A stretch of 64,000 nt of DNA from Vicugna vicugna (GCA_013265495.1 MU057703.1:48498-112497), one strand, 5' to 3'. Shown: positions 39,373 through 53,521, counted from the first letter of the stretch. Notes: generated by a model not told the origin, from the letters alone. Numbers and translations are program-made.

Positions 39373-41984
39373 TGGAATATTAAGACAGTCCAAAATTCAC
39401 TGTGAAAGCCTCAGTGTGCCAGGACTGCCCATCATAAGATCCCCAATGTCAATGCCAAGGATGCTTACTGAATTTACTGAATTCTACCATGGCTTTCAGT
39501 AGCTGGGTGTCCAAAGGGCACAGGGCTTCCTGCAGAGGTACAAGTTTGGCATGAGATAGGCATCGTCATGCCACCCGGAGCCCCACTTTTCCACTTGGGG
39601 CCCCAAGGCAGCTTCCTTTGTGCTCAGGGCCTCACAGCTTTCCTTGTAAGCTTTTGGCTATAACTCTCCACAGGCTGAAAATCAATCTCAAATACCTGAA
39701 AAAGGAAAAAGTTCTCACTATACCTCTCGCGGTTTTCCTGTTCTAACTTAGGTTTAAAACTTCTCCTATTAGAGTAAACCTTGTCCCCACGAAATCTCTC
39801 TTGGACATAAAGACATGAATGAATATTAACTGATACCTGTTATTTATTCAGGGAGAGTGTATCTGAGAGTGTGTGTGTGTTTAGGGTGTTGTCTACACTA
39901 ACAATTAACTGCTTAAAAATATCCTTTTACACTTGCATTTATATAGGGTTGACCATCAAATAAAAATATTTAAGAGTTCCAGCAGCCAGGAAAGAAGATG
40001 TCTATGCCAGGCATTGCCATTCGGAAGCATGAGTTTCCTGTCCCTGAAATGATTTTTTTTTCAATAGTAATTACTTAGTCAAATTTAAGAACATTTGGAA
40101 TAGTGAAAACTGAGGGACTAGGGACAGGGAACAAATATCACAGCTTCTCTTGGTTGAGAAAAATCATGTGCACCTCATTAGGAGGTGGAAGGCAGAGTCT
40201 CGGTACCTAAATATAGGGACAAATTTTATAACGGCAGCATTTAACCCAGAACTGTCCCAAACACTGCTAACGCTGGCAACTGAGTTATCATGGAATATAA
40301 GAAACAATTTGCAATCAATGAAGAACTTTAAAATCTCTTGTAATTCAAACTAATGTTGGACTAAATCACAGTTTAATTAAAATAAATTTAAAGACAAAAA
40401 AAATTAGTACAAAAATGGCTGATTGCCTAAATAATTCCAGACACCTGCTGTCAGAACACTCTAACACCTGCTGACCATACATTTTTTTGATCTTGTCAAT
40501 GTTTTATTGAAAAATAAAGCTCATCCCAGAGCTGTAATCATATCTAAGCAATCGTAGAACTTTTAATGAGTTTGTGTGAGAAAAGTTTCCAAGAGGAATT
40601 AAATTTTAAATCCTGGATTTCAGAGAATTGGCAAAGCAGGCCAAAAGTTATGCTCTACAAATATTTTAACATCACATGCCGGTACTAGAATAAATCACGT
40701 ATTTCTCCAAAGTAAATGCACCACCGAATGCAACGGTTCATTCTCCCTTCCATGTCTCAGAGAACCACCCCGCAGAGCCCAGAGACTCTGTGCGCGGAAG
40801 AACACATGGACGAGACAAGTCCTCTTGCCAAGCTTCCTCCACCGACTCCGGGGGAATTAACGCTGACAGGTTTCCTGATGTTAGCTCATCTCCTCCACCA
40901 GGCTTCTCATCCATTTTAATTCCCCGGTGGATTGACTGGATAAACAAATCCACACTAGGCTGGCATCAAAAACTAATATTTTATGTGCTTTCAACAAATT
41001 TAATCACTTTGGCTCTTTGACAAGGTTTGCCCTCTCAAGGACGAGAATGTCAAAACCTTTTGTAAAACCGGAAAATTATTCTTACTTGCTCAAATTTATT
41101 TTAGATAGAATGCTCCAAGATAGGAGAATTGGCACAAACTGTCAGAGTTTAATGTTATTGTTTTAAACAGGAAGCAACGTTGGCATACATGATCTTTCCT
41201 GGGATAACGGTGATGTTTCTTACCAGGTAAGAGTCTTAGGAGTTATAGCAGAGATTTTTTTTTTCAAATCTGCTCTTTTCTCAAAAGAAAAAAACACATT
41301 ACTTTTTGTAGAGAACGTTATTTTAACATATTTAAACGTATTTTAATCATTCCAAGAATGACTGGCTTAGCTAAACTTCAATTCCGAGAAGAACTAAGGT
41401 TGAACTTCTAAAAAACACTGATGGCAGGATTACTCCTGGACAGCGCTGATGTTTCCTGTACATGGCTAAAATCTAAAGCCAGCTACGTGGCTTCTATAGG
41501 AGGGCAGTTGGTCTGAATGAGCAGGTCTGTACTCTCGGAATGACACACTATTGCTTGTTTACAGACCATTCGCCATCTTTGTCTGTCTGTCATAAAAGAA
41601 AGTAGGAGAAATTTTCTTCTGACATTTTAGTCCCTTATTTTCCCAGTCACCTTCTTTTTCTTGCCCCCTGAATGGAGACTTTAGGAAGATTGCAGTGTTT
41701 CAGCTCACTAAGATCTTTATCTAGAAATCCTGTAGATTTGGACCCCATACTCTAGTGCTAATTCTGACGTGATATTAAAGCAATGTCCCCTAAACCAAAG
41801 GTTAATTTCTTTTCCTCCATAATAGTTTAGATCACCTACACATTTTTTAGAACTATATTATAAAAGCTCATTTACTTCTATTGATGCTATCTTTTATTTT
41901 CCCTTGTATTACTTCATAATTTATTTGTACATTTGAGGGTTTCTCATAAACTGAGTACAGATATTTGAGATTTTTGTACATTTT

Positions 41985-42300
41985 CTTTTTTTTAATTGAT
42001 ATGTAAAAAAATGCACGTATTTAATTATAGATTTTGATGAGTTTGGACATATGCATACATTGGTGATACCATCACCATAATGAAGGTGCTAAACATTTAT
42101 CCATCATCTCCAAAAATGTCCTTGTGTTTGTGTACGTGTTAAGGAACACTCGATGTGAGGTTTTTCCTCAACATATTTTAAAGAGCACAATACTATGTTG
42201 TTTACTACGGGCACTATGTTTATCGTGAATCTCCAGAATTTATCCATCTGGCATAACTGAAACATACTCGTTGAGAAACAACCCCCCATTTCTCCTTCCC
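41985..42300 (-). mobile_element. L1MA-like 3' end
   Basis: Antisense L1MA 3' UTR (atctccagaatttatccatctggcataactgaaac). Confidence 0.75.
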
Positions 42301-43434
42301 TATGTCTATTTTCTTATATTCTCAATATAGCAATGCTTTGACAAAAAGCTATAAAAATCAACTCTTTGGAAAAAATCGTTTAAAAATTAAAATCTTAAAT
42401 AACTTAATGCAATTTTATACTTTTTGTATAATTTGTTTTTAATTTTTTGTATTCTTCTGTGAAATACCAATACATCATTTTTTTTTAGAATGCCTATGAA
42501 AGTACAAAGCTGTTTTTCACTAATGCCCTGAAGAAGGCAGGAATCACTTAGTATACTTTCACCAAAAAATCTTTCATTAAGTCTGAGATGGCCTATAATC
42601 TTGAATAAAAATCATTTGAATCAAGCTAAGTACAAACTACTGGGAGATTTTCAACAAAGAGAATCTGACAATTTGGACAGGAATCAACAACAAAGGCATT
42701 CATCATCCTGTTGCTGGAGGTAATAGCACACCCTGTGATGTTCCTGAGATGATGGAAGGTCAGGTAGATGAGAAAGCTGATGTGGCTAAGCGTTCAAGAA
42801 TTTTTTTGTCCAAGCAGAATTAATATGTATCACATAGACAGGAAGAGGGGATTGAGTTTACTTTCAAGGTAGTTGCTGAAAGCAGCTAGTTTTTTCCAGA
42901 TGGGATATTTTGAGAAATCTAAGATCTCACATTTATAAAGCCATAGACAAAAATGTAATAACCACACCTACTCCAAAAAGCTTCCGTTACCTTAAAAGAA
43001 AGTGCCTGATATATTGTAGGAAATGCATTCTCACTTTACGCACCCCAAAATAGCATTCACAAAAGCAGGGTTCCCTTTCTGGGAGGAACTTTCTGGGAGG
43101 TCATGTTACATTTCAAGGACAGAGATATTATAAAATAAATGTAATTAAGGAATTCCAAATGCAAGCCAGAATTAAAACCATGGAATTCTGTGACAAATAG
43201 CAGACTTGCGTTTCCTCGTAAGTACATGAATTGAGACCTTTATCACACTTCCTAATGACAATGGGGGATAGAAAAAAATAATATATTTAAATAAAATGTT
43301 CCTAGTAAGTATCACTTGACAATGAGATTTAGTGCTTAAGAAAGCAAAGGAAGAAAAGGTGAAAAGGGCAAGGGGCTGTTTGAGAATGAAGAAAGAAGGG
43401 AGTGAGTTTTTTAAAAAAGGAAAGGAAAGAGGAC

Positions 43435-43600
43435 AGGTGCTTTCACAGACATCACCTTAAATAATTTCCTAGCTAAATATTGTTACCCCACCTATATAGA
43501 TGAAGAAACTAAGACCCATGAAAAATTAACTAACATAAACTGAAGCCAGGATTCAAATTCATTTGGACGGTTAAGCTCATTCATTTTCCATGTGCTCATA
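43435..43600 (-). mobile_element. MIR fragment
   Basis: tagatgaagaaactaagaccca...gccaggattcaaa. Confidence 0.5.
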
Positions 43601-44468
43601 CTTCATCCTTTGGAACTCATAAAGATTAATCTTCTTGCATTTAAGTGACTAATCATTGCTCAGCAAAGTGGATTTAAGTCCCAGAGATGCTCGTTTTCCA
43701 TTTAAAACTTGAATCTCCAAAGGGACCTCGGTGTTTCTGGCTGCAGCCCAGGTACAGGGAGTTGTAAGTGGAATCCACGATGTGGGAATCAGGGCAGGCA
43801 ATCCAAGGAGGCTTCAGGGTCCATCAGACCGTTGGAACGTACTGATGGGGACATCCTTCTGTGATGGCGTCTGTTTCCTGAGTCAGGAGTGGTGATCTCC
43901 CCTTAGGATACAGGACAGTGTAGCTTCTGAGAGGCAAGAATGTTATTGTGGAGAAACACTCTCCTTTGTAATTAACCTCTGGATTTCTGGGGGCTTTGCA
44001 CCCCAGAATTTCAGTCGTTTTCTACACTATTGTCTCTCTCTGATTGTGTTCCCCATGCCAAGCTGTACTCCCTTACGAGCTCCACTCCTAGTTACTAACC
44101 TGGCTTTCTTCCTGCCTCCCATACTTGTATCTGAGATCTCTCTAATCCCTGCTCTGTCTTTTGCATCCTCCCATCACTGATTTCACTGCAGCTACTTCTC
44201 TGGATTCGTCTCTTGTCCCATTTTTATTTTATGTCCTGCTGTGTTTTCTGGTTTAGGCCACACAGCCTCAAACCAAAGCACTCTGAAATAGGGGTTCAGA
44301 ACCTTAGGTCACGTCCTTCTCTCTGCATTCGTGCTAAGTGTCTGGGGCCTCATTAGAGGTGGGAGACTGTGGACAATACGAACCCAGTGACTGTGCTGGA
44401 ACATATTGACTTAAGCATTCTCCTGCGTGCTCTTGTCCCCTTTTCCTTCCACTATTCTGACCTTCATT

Positions 44469-44529
44469 TTTTTTTTTAATTGAAATATAGTCAGTTAGAA
44501 TGTGTCAGTTTTTGGTGTACAGCATAATA
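44469..44529 (-). mobile_element. Ultra-short young L1 3' tail (61 bp)
   Basis: Perfect 11-bp TSD tgaccttcatt (44458-44468 and 44530-44540), and poly(T). Confidence 0.85.
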
Positions 44530-44628
44530 TGACCTTCATTCTTAAGTGGGGCCTTTAATGCTGCCCACCAGCTCCACCATGTTTTCTTAGTACATTCACT
44601 TTTCCACTGTCACAGATGAATATTTTCT

Positions 44629-45119
44629 TTTTTTTTAACATTTTTTATTGATTTATAATCATTTTACAATGTTGTGTCAAATTCCAGTGTTCAGCACAAT
44701 TTTTCAGTCATTCATGGACATATACACACTCATTGTCACATTTTTTTCTCTGTGATTTATCATAACATTTTGTGTATATTTCCCTGTGCTATACAGTGTA
44801 ATCTTGTTTATCTATTCTACAATTTTGAAATCCCAGTCTATCCCTTCCCACCCTCTACCCCCCGGTAACCACAAGTCTGTATTCTCTGTCCATGAGTCTA
44901 TTTCTGTCCTGTATTTATGCTTTGTTTTTGTTTGTTTGTTTGTTTTTGTTTTTGTTTTTTAGATTACACATATGAGCGATCTCATATGGTATTTTTCTTT
45001 CTCTTTCTGGCTTACTTCACTTAGAATGACATTCTCTAGGAGCATCCATGTTGCTGCAAATGACATTATGTTGTCGGTTTTTATGGCTGAGTAGTATTCC
45101 ATTGTATAAATATACCACA
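44629..45119 (-). mobile_element. Youngest L1 subfamily 3' end
   Basis: Perfect 17-bp TSD acagatgaatattttct (44612-44628 and 45120-45136). Distinct tail aacattttttattgatttataatc. Confidence 0.92.
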
Positions 45120-47297
45120 ACAGATGAATATTTTCTACCTTCATTTCTCTCCTCCAACCACCAGTACCCCTCCTCCCTTTCCAATCTCAACTGACGGATT
45201 TTCTTCCTCCACAGAAAATAGAAGAAACCTGTTAGGGAAATTCGACCTGCTCCCATTGCTGTCCCTACCAACCTACTGGGAAATGTGCATTTTCCCCATC
45301 ACTGTGGATGAAAAATACATCATCCTATTTAACTCAGTTCAATCCCTCCATTTGAACACTGGATCTCAATCTTTGATGCCAATTCTAATACATTAATTCA
45401 GCCACTGTCTCCTCTCTACGGTGTCAATTTCTCCCTCAGTAAAGCGGAGTATCTCTAATCTCTGCCTTTCTTGCTACTGTCCCTTCTGCCAATCTCCCTT
45501 CCAGTAAGACTTTTTTGAAAATGTTGTCTGTGTTTGCTGTATCTGTTATTCTCTTCTCATCTTTTTCTGAACTCAGGCCAATCAAGCTTTTAATTCACTG
45601 AAACAACTCTTTTCAGGGTCTCCAATGACCTGTTCATTGCCAAGTACAATGGTCAGTTCTCCATTCTCATCTAATATTTACTAGTATTGAACCTTTCCTC
45701 GTTCTCACTTTCTTCACTTGACTTCTGGAATATCTCTCTCCTTCTCATTCTTTGTCTCTTCCTTTGTCTCTCCCCCACCTCTTTGCTCAGTGCCCTTCTT
45801 CCTTCTAAGCTGCTCCCTCACAATCTCCTCTGCTGGTTCTTACTCATCTCTCCTAACTCTAAACTGTAGGGCTCCATGACTTAGCTCAGGTGTCTCTTTA
45901 TCACTCCCTAGGTGATCTCAGCCAAACCTGTAGCTTTCCACATGCTGCAAATTTCAGATATATACATCTAACCCAGGGGTCTCTGCCAAACTCCAGACTC
46001 ATATACCCAACTATCTACTTGACATTTCCACTTGAATGTCTAATAAGCATCTTAATTTTAACATGTCCACACCAGGTAGTCATTTCCCACATCCCTACTC
46101 CAACCTCCCTCCTACAGGCCACTTCATCTCAGTAAATGGTTCATTCTTTCATTGCTCAGGACAGAACATTACTATTTCCTTTCTTTTTCACCATATTCCA
46201 AATATTAGCTAATCTTACTTGATCTTTGTTTAAAATACGTTTAGACTCTCATTACTTCTCATCAGTTCTACCATTATCACCTCTGTCCAAGCCCCTGTAA
46301 TCTTGTTTGCATTATAGCAATAAGCTATCAACTAGTCTTTCTACTCCTACACTTGTTTTAGTATTCAGTGAATTTACTAGACAACAGCTAGAATGACCTT
46401 TTTCAAAGATACAAGGTCAGGTCCTAGTACATTGCTGACCAATACCATCCAGTGACTTCCCAGCTCACTCAGAGTAGCAGTCAAAGTCCTTGTCGTGTCT
46501 ACCAAGCCACCCCTCCTCTTCCCAACCTTTCAGTCTTGTCTCCCACCATTTCCCCTTCACTCTTTATTCCACTTCAACCACACCAGCTTTGTGGCTGTTC
46601 TGAGATAAAGCAGGGTCAGGAATTTTGCACATAGAGATTCTTCTACCTGGAACACTCTCCCCCTGGCCATCCCGTGGCCCCTTCTTCTGTCTCTTGAGGT
46701 CACCACACTCAACAGAGCCTCCCTCATAAATGCCTCCATGACCCAGTGTCAGGAAGCATCCACACGTCACAAGTGTTCTCACCACTCCCTGTTTTATTGT
46801 ACTGTTCTTTCCTCATTTGTTTTGTCGATTTTGTTGTTGTTGTTGTTACCCATCTCCTCTTCTTAGTCTGCAAACTCCAAGCTCGCCCTGTTCTTTGACA
46901 TGCCCCTCCTGCCTAGAATAATATCCGTCTTAGAGTAAACGTCAGTAAATATTGTTGGATGAATAAATGGGCATCTGAGCAAGATACTAATCTCACTTAT
47001 TTGGTGAGGAGGCGTTTTCTTAGAATGAACCATATGCCAAAGATATTAAAGGCCTTAGGTAAAAGGAAAGGACAATAACATCTAAGATGTCCTGTAGCTT
47101 GCTTAGGTTGTGACAAAATAAAACCTTGCTTATTTATCTAGGCATCAACAGAAATGTAGGGAATGTTGCCTCTGTTAATTCCATTCCATAAAGAATACTG
47201 GAATTCAGGCATAGCTGGAACTGTTCATGGTCTGCCATTTCCCACCGTGGGCCAGGGTCACGCTCTAGAGACAGACTGGCCGATTAAATGGAGTAGC

Positions 47298-47586
47298 TAT
47301 CAAGTCCAACATAAGATTATAGCTCGGGACAAAAGCCAAAAGGTACGCAGTCTAAGCAAACAAGTATCACAGAGAAGAGGGTATAAAAAATAACAGAAAC
47401 AACAAGTTTCTTCTGTAGAGCACAGGGAACTGTATTCAATATCTTACAGTAGCCTATCATGAAAAAGAATACGAAAATGAATATTTGTATGTTCATGTAT
47501 GACTGAAGCACTATGCCGTACACCAGAAATTGACACAACATTGTGAATTGACTGCATTCCAATAAAAATTAAAAGAATTAAATAAA
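47298..47586 (+). mobile_element. Young L1 3' tail with an unassigned 5' segment
   Basis: L1 3' UTR from about 47380. Putative 12-bp TSD aaatg(g/a)agta(g/a)c at 47286-47297 and 47587-47598. Confidence 0.7.
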
Positions 47587-47654
47587 AAATGAAGTAACCG
47601 GGTGTCCCGGCACATGGTGGGGCTTAGGCCACTCAGTTCAGGCATCACTTCATT

Positions 47655-48050
47655 AGTCAGCAGTCCTTCCAGTTAATGACAGACACCCAACTCAGAGCAG
47701 CTTTCTCAAAAGGGAACACACTGGGCTTCATGTACCGGGAGTCTGACAGCATTAAAGGTTCTGTCACAGCCCCACCCAGGGCTTAAATGAGGATGTTAAG
47801 TTCTCTGTCTTGCTCTTCATCCCTTGAACAAGCTCATGCTGTGGGGCGGGTCAGATGGCTCACCCCAGCCCCACCTGATACCCCAGAAGCCCATCGGCCC
47901 CAGCAGGATAGGTCCTTTCTGACAGCCCCAGAAGAGAAGTTCCAGGGAAGATTCTGCTTGGCCTGGCCTGAGTCTTTCCCACTTTTTCCTGAACCAGTCA
48001 CAAGGTCCAGGAAAATGGGAGAGCTTCAGCATCATATCCCCCTCTCCACG
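47655..48050 (-). mobile_element. Old MaLR (MLT1K-like) LTR
   Basis: tgacagacacccaactcaga...ccagggaagattctgcttggcc...cctgaaccagtcac. Confidence 0.5.
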
Positions 48051-50534
48051 TTGCATGGGGAGCGACCAGACTCATAACCACATAGAATGAGTTCCCCTAT
48101 AGAAAGAGTTCTACTATAGAATAAGAAGGAGAGGAAAAGTTGCATAGATGAAGACAATACATGTCTACTATATAGCCAATAAAAACTCAGAAAGACAGGT
48201 GTTTGACATGAAGGAACCCTTTCAACGTGCAAAAAACAATGAATTCTTTATGCGTGCCCAGGATGCTCAGAGATGGTAAAGGTACCAGTGGAGAGTGGAC
48301 AGGTTTCCATGGTAACTTTTATTTTTACCTAGAATATCAGTAAAAAGCAACAGTTGAATAACATCAAACTAAAAGATGAAAGATGAATTATTTACCACCT
48401 TTTTCTTTTGTCTTCCACATGAGTGACAGGTGAAAATGTGTGCCCCCAAATGGGATATTAATTTAAAACTAGCTAAATTTAAGATGTTAGAGAAATACCG
48501 CAGTTATGGATCTTCAGTAAAGTTAGTGAAAATAAAGTATTTAATTGCTTAAAAATGAAAATAAAATACAGACCCTTTCTAGTATTAAAAGTAATTTATC
48601 ATTTACCTGTGACCCCCGGTAAGTTATCATTGTAAAATTATCTGTAGATGTGCTCTGTAATATCCATTATTATCTAAATTATCTTTCCCTATTTCTATTT
48701 CTATTTCTTTTACAATTAATTAAGAGATGTTTCTCTTCCAGTGTAGGAAGCAAAGACATCTTTAGTTGAGAAGAAAGAGATCAGATTTGGGGGTTATTGG
48801 CTGATGTGAATGACTTTCTTTGAACTACTGCTCCTGTCCTGCAGGGAGAGAAGAGAATATACTGGTCCAGCATTAGTTAGCTACAGCTTGGTCCTGGAAG
48901 CCAAACCAAATTTCTCTGAATAATGAGGAACTGCTGAAAATAAATATCAATGATTACTTTAATTATATCGTTAACAGACATCAAATAATTGCACAATTAT
49001 GTATTTAACATTACATAATCAATAAACATTAATGATTACATTAAGTACTGTTGACCATGAATTCTTGCTCTTTGCGAATCATTTTGCTTATGTCTGACTC
49101 TTTTTTATAAGAACTTAATGTCTCTAAATTCTTCAGCCTCCTGCATGACTCCTCTCTTTAAAACCCAGATAACAGTGGTTTGCATTTCCCTCTCTTGCCT
49201 GACTTACAGGAAATAGTGTCTTTTACCAAGCTCTCCTCCCCAAATATTTCTTGGTAACTTTCAGGAATATTTTTTGCTCTGCTGATGCTTCCTGTATATC
49301 ACTTGGCATCTTCAATGCAAGCCACATGTCTGGGCTTGTATATAAATGACTGCTTGCCAGGTCAGTTACTCCTCCGGGATACCAGAGCTCTCCTAACCTG
49401 GAGGGCATGTCCATCCATTGATCCCTTAAAGTTTACTATAATGAGAAAGTTTTACTAAGAAGACTAAGAATGGAAAAAGTTACAGTGTAGACTGGGGAAG
49501 GGAGTCATGGGACTCCCACTCTCCCCCAACCTATTATCGTCATAGTTTCTAGAGTACATGTACCATACGTCTTCTCCAGGGATTCACCATTACTCTGCTA
49601 AACCCCAGACTTGCCATTCAGCCGCAGAGACCGATTTCCCTTCCATGATCACGTTTCTTTCCATTAGGGCTTCCTACACAGAGCTCAGACATATAAATCC
49701 AAGAGGTATTATGCCGTACTTCAACATACAGGAATTTTCCTTTCTAGAAAAGAACTGGATTTATACTTTCATATCTAAAAGTTTCCCTTAAACAGTTTCA
49801 CCATCCAAACTCAAATCATACACGGATATAAGACACACACACAATCTTCATGAAAAGATCAATTCTGCTTCCACTGCAGAAGCAACATGCCAAGTAGTAG
49901 TCCGTCCTGACAACACTATGTAACAGGAGAAGTCAGTAAATACATTTTGAGGCAATGAATCACAGTTTAGAAATGAAAGTGCAAAACTTAAACCTCCCTG
50001 GTGATGTAAGAGACTGGAATGTACTCTCTTATTTTCATGAATCCAACTTTGTAAGTCTCTGAGAATGATACTGACGTTCAAATACGCAAATGTCTCACTG
50101 TGACTTGAGGGAGCAGATAGACTGCCACAAATGAGCCTGCAACTCTTTCCCTGGGCTGTTTCTAAAGTTGCCATGATTTGGACGTTTCTGGAGGAGAAAG
50201 TGAATTCCCAGAGTCTACGTTTGCAAACTGCTGGCATAGTTGGTAATAGCTCTACATTGATATAATTCTGAAAACATGTGAAAATAACACTTCCCTTTCT
50301 GAGAGTTTGAATATCCATGTGAAAATGAAACAACAGCAGAGGCAAGATGGAAGATGGCGCTGCTTTCCAAAAGAGAGAGGAGTCTCTTGTCCAGCAAGAT
50401 TTCCGAGATCTTTAACTAGTGGATAACAAGCAACAGGTGGAGAGACAACTCAGGTTTGGATGCTAACTGTGAGACTGAAAAATCTGTATGTCTAATTAGA
50501 ATGGTGGTTTTATTAGAAAATAGAATAATTTTCT

Positions 50535-51000
50535 CTTTTACTCAATGCACATTTATTGAGCACTTACTATTTGTAATGTTCTGAATTGTGAAGGCTGTAA
50601 ATCAGAAGCCAAAAGCTAACAGTCAGTCGACACTGTATACGTATAGATCCTCATGCATGCACACGGGGCTGTTAAATAAGCTAACATGTAACACACACCA
50701 TAAGGAAAGGGAGAAAATGATTAGACAGTTCAGAGGAAAGCCATTCTAGGTTTAGAATGAAGGCAGAGTTAGGAACCGCAATTTATCTGGAAAAAAATGG
50801 AGTGCGTGTAAATGGAAGGTGGAATACGAGACTGGGGAGATAAGTTAAACTGAACTTTAAGGCCTTTGAAGGTTATGCAAATATGCTTGCACATTATTTC
50901 ATAATAATCAGTTTCTACTAAAAGCTTTTAGCCAGGGAATGACATCAGGGCTGTGCTTGGCAGTCAATCCGGTGGTGTGGAGAAGCTAATGCTAGAATAG
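50535..51000 (-). mobile_element. L2 fragment
   Basis: catttattgagcacttactat antisense tail. Confidence 0.5.
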
Positions 51001-51435
51001 AAGAAGAAAACAGAAAGTCTGAAAAAAAAAATTGACATACTAACAGCTGGTTTTTGAAAGTTGTCAGACAGATACAATTAATGCATTTCAAGTGAGGAAA
51101 AACGGTTTGACCTTTAAGATTCCATATTTAATATTTATCCAGGCTTATGTAAGTTATTAAGCCAAAATGATTCCATATATTTTACGTTTACTAAAGTTTC
51201 TTCCTGAAATGTCTTATATTTGCAAATACAAGGCAATCCCTGTGATAAAAGATTAAGTGAGAAAAGAGAAATGTGCCCTTTGCCCCTCTGGCTGTGTCGT
51301 ACACAAGTTTCATGAGTGTGTGAAGCCGAGCGTCTGCAGAATTGCTCTAAAAGCACCTGCCAGCTCCATTGGGTGGTGGCAGAGAAAGGAAAACGCATTT
51401 ACAGAGGATTCTTAGGACATATTTGCTGTTCCTTC

Positions 51436-51512
51436 TTTTTTTTTTTCTATTGAAGTATAGTCTGTTACAATGTGTCAACTTCTGGTGTACAACCCAACGT
51501 CCCAGTTATGCA
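51436..51512 (-). mobile_element. Ultra-short young L1 3' tail
   Basis: Poly(T) plus attgaagtatagtc. Flanks share gttcctt (51428 and 51513). Confidence 0.8.
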
Positions 51513-52482
51513 GTTCCTTGTTTTCTTTTCGAACCCTTTTCAAGTTGAACATTTTAACTAACCTAGCTTTTGGAATGTTAAAGAGAGGGTCTGGAAGATG
51601 GAAGTGAAAGCTGCTTCTGGAGAATTCTTGTGGAAAAATCAAAACAACACAAGGTTGGAGGTGAAGGAGGTTTTGTGGTGTACTGCATCTTGTAAAATAT
51701 GTTAGAGTGCGTGCGCAGAGTAGAAGGAAATGTTCATCGCTCTTGACGCTGAATCTTCTTTACCCATTCTCTTATTTATCTAATAAATGTTTGTGAGTTC
51801 CAAGCACACGTCGCCATGCTAAGGTCTGGGAAAGCTGTCAAGGACTCCAGCTTAGACACAGTTAGCAGTAAAACAACTAAGGAACACGGGAACCAGAAAA
51901 CAGAATGGTGTGTTCAAGCGTGGGACACCACAGGGAATGCGGCTGATTAGAAGACAGACCAGATCATGACATGTCCTGCATACATTATTAAAAAGTCTGG
52001 AATTTACCCTGTAGCCAGTGTGATTCTTTTTGATGGTCATTTCATATACGTAAAACCTGAAATGTATATACAGCATACTTGCAAACAAAATCTGTTCTGG
52101 TTGGCATTCCTTTTGATCCCCTTTTGAATTTTTATGACTCACTCAATACTGACACAATAAAAAAAAAAATACAGCTGCTAAAGCTAGAGCTTTCTCCTCT
52201 GCCAGATTTTTGGGTCACTGATTTAGGCTCTAACTGTGAAATTGGGCAAATTGAAGTACTTTGCAGTTGGAGGACATGTTGCTGTCAAAGCAGCAATATC
52301 TGAGAATGAAATTTTGATTGTGAAATATGCAGTGGGAGAAGAGCTGAGAACATTTACTGAATTGGCTTAAGTAAATGAATTAATTCACGTGAGATGCTTT
52401 TAGGACAGTATTTGGAATATAGCACTCAATAGTTGTTAGCTACTAACATTGATAGTATTATTTACTATTTAAAAGAACTATA

Positions 52483-52813
52483 GAAAAAAAAAGACACAAA
52501 TGAATTTATTTACAAAACCAAAACAGACTCACAGACATAGAAAACAACCTTATGGTTACCAGGAGGAAAAGGGGGTAGGAAAGGATAAAATGGGAATTCG
52601 AGATTTGCAGATACTAACTATTTTATATAAAATAGATATACAATAAATTTCTTCTATCTAGCACAGGGAACTATATTCAATTTCTTGTAGTAACCTGTAA
52701 TGAAAAAGAATATGAAAACGAATATATGTATTTGTACGTATGACTGAAACATTATACTGTATGCCAGAAATGGACACAACATTGTAAACTGACCATAATT
52801 CAATAAAAAAAAA
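52483..52813 (+). mobile_element. Young camelid-type L1 3' UTR
   Basis: acagactcacagacatagaaaac...gagatttgcagatactaacta...cacaacattgtaaactgac plus poly(A). Confidence 0.9.
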
Positions 52814-53521
52814 GAAAGTTAAAGTAGGAAGAAATAAGGAACATTATAAATGTGGAATAGGATTATTCACTTGTTAACTCAGCATGGAGAAATCCCTAGT
52901 AATACTTGGACAAGTACTTATCAGCACATCCCCTGTGCCAGGCGCTGATGTAGGTTGTGATGGCACAGCTGGGATCAAAGGAGACAAAAAAAAAAAAAAA
53001 AAAGCCTGCTCTGAGGAGGTTATATTGTGGGAGTTTGACTTTGGATTTGAAGTTGGAAGCCAGGGTCATATAATTGACTCCAAATCTGTGGGTACAGCAA
53101 TGGCTTTTCCCACTTTTTCCTACAAAGCCTGCTGAAGAGGTTTCTGGTGAGGGACAGAAGACGGTCAGTAGAGATGGCACCAACCCAATGGTTATCACCT
53201 GTGTGCAGGGCTCGTTATTCGTCTGACAGCTGCTTCTGGATCTCCTGGCCCAGAGCCCACCCCCACCTCCTATGCCAACTTCTCCCTGTGTGGAGTGACA
53301 GTTTCTTCAGGGTATGTCATTCCTTCCCTATAAGGATGTTGCTCCTTCTGCGTGTTAGGTACCAGGAGAGTAGAGTTCAATTTTGAAGTGAATGCTAATC
53401 CATTATCAGATCAATTGTGACTTAGAAGCTTTAGGAACATGTTTCTCTCAGCCACCTGACCTAATCTATCATTGCAAAATTGGTACTTTCCAGGTAAAAA
53501 AAGAGAAAACTCCCTTTTCTT

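Larger units (their letters stand above)
44410..46970 (+). mobile_element. Long L2 LINE remnant carrying two young L1 insertions
   Basis: L2 motifs (ctgaaacaactctt...tccaatgacct...caatggtcagttctc, ctccagactcatata, ttccacttgaatgtctaata), ending aatattgttggatgaataaatg. Confidence 0.75.

Noticed and set aside
39548..39601. Two adjacent short hairpins
   Set aside because: Stems of 6-10 bp occur by chance in a GC-richer patch, and I recognise no RNA family.
49848..50345. Longest ORF (165 aa, minus strand)
   Set aside because: Non-ATG start, no recognisable domain, composition typical of non-coding DNA, and no supporting splice structure.
50344..50360. YY1-like AAGATGGCG motif
   Set aside because: Isolated short match without a CpG island or other support.
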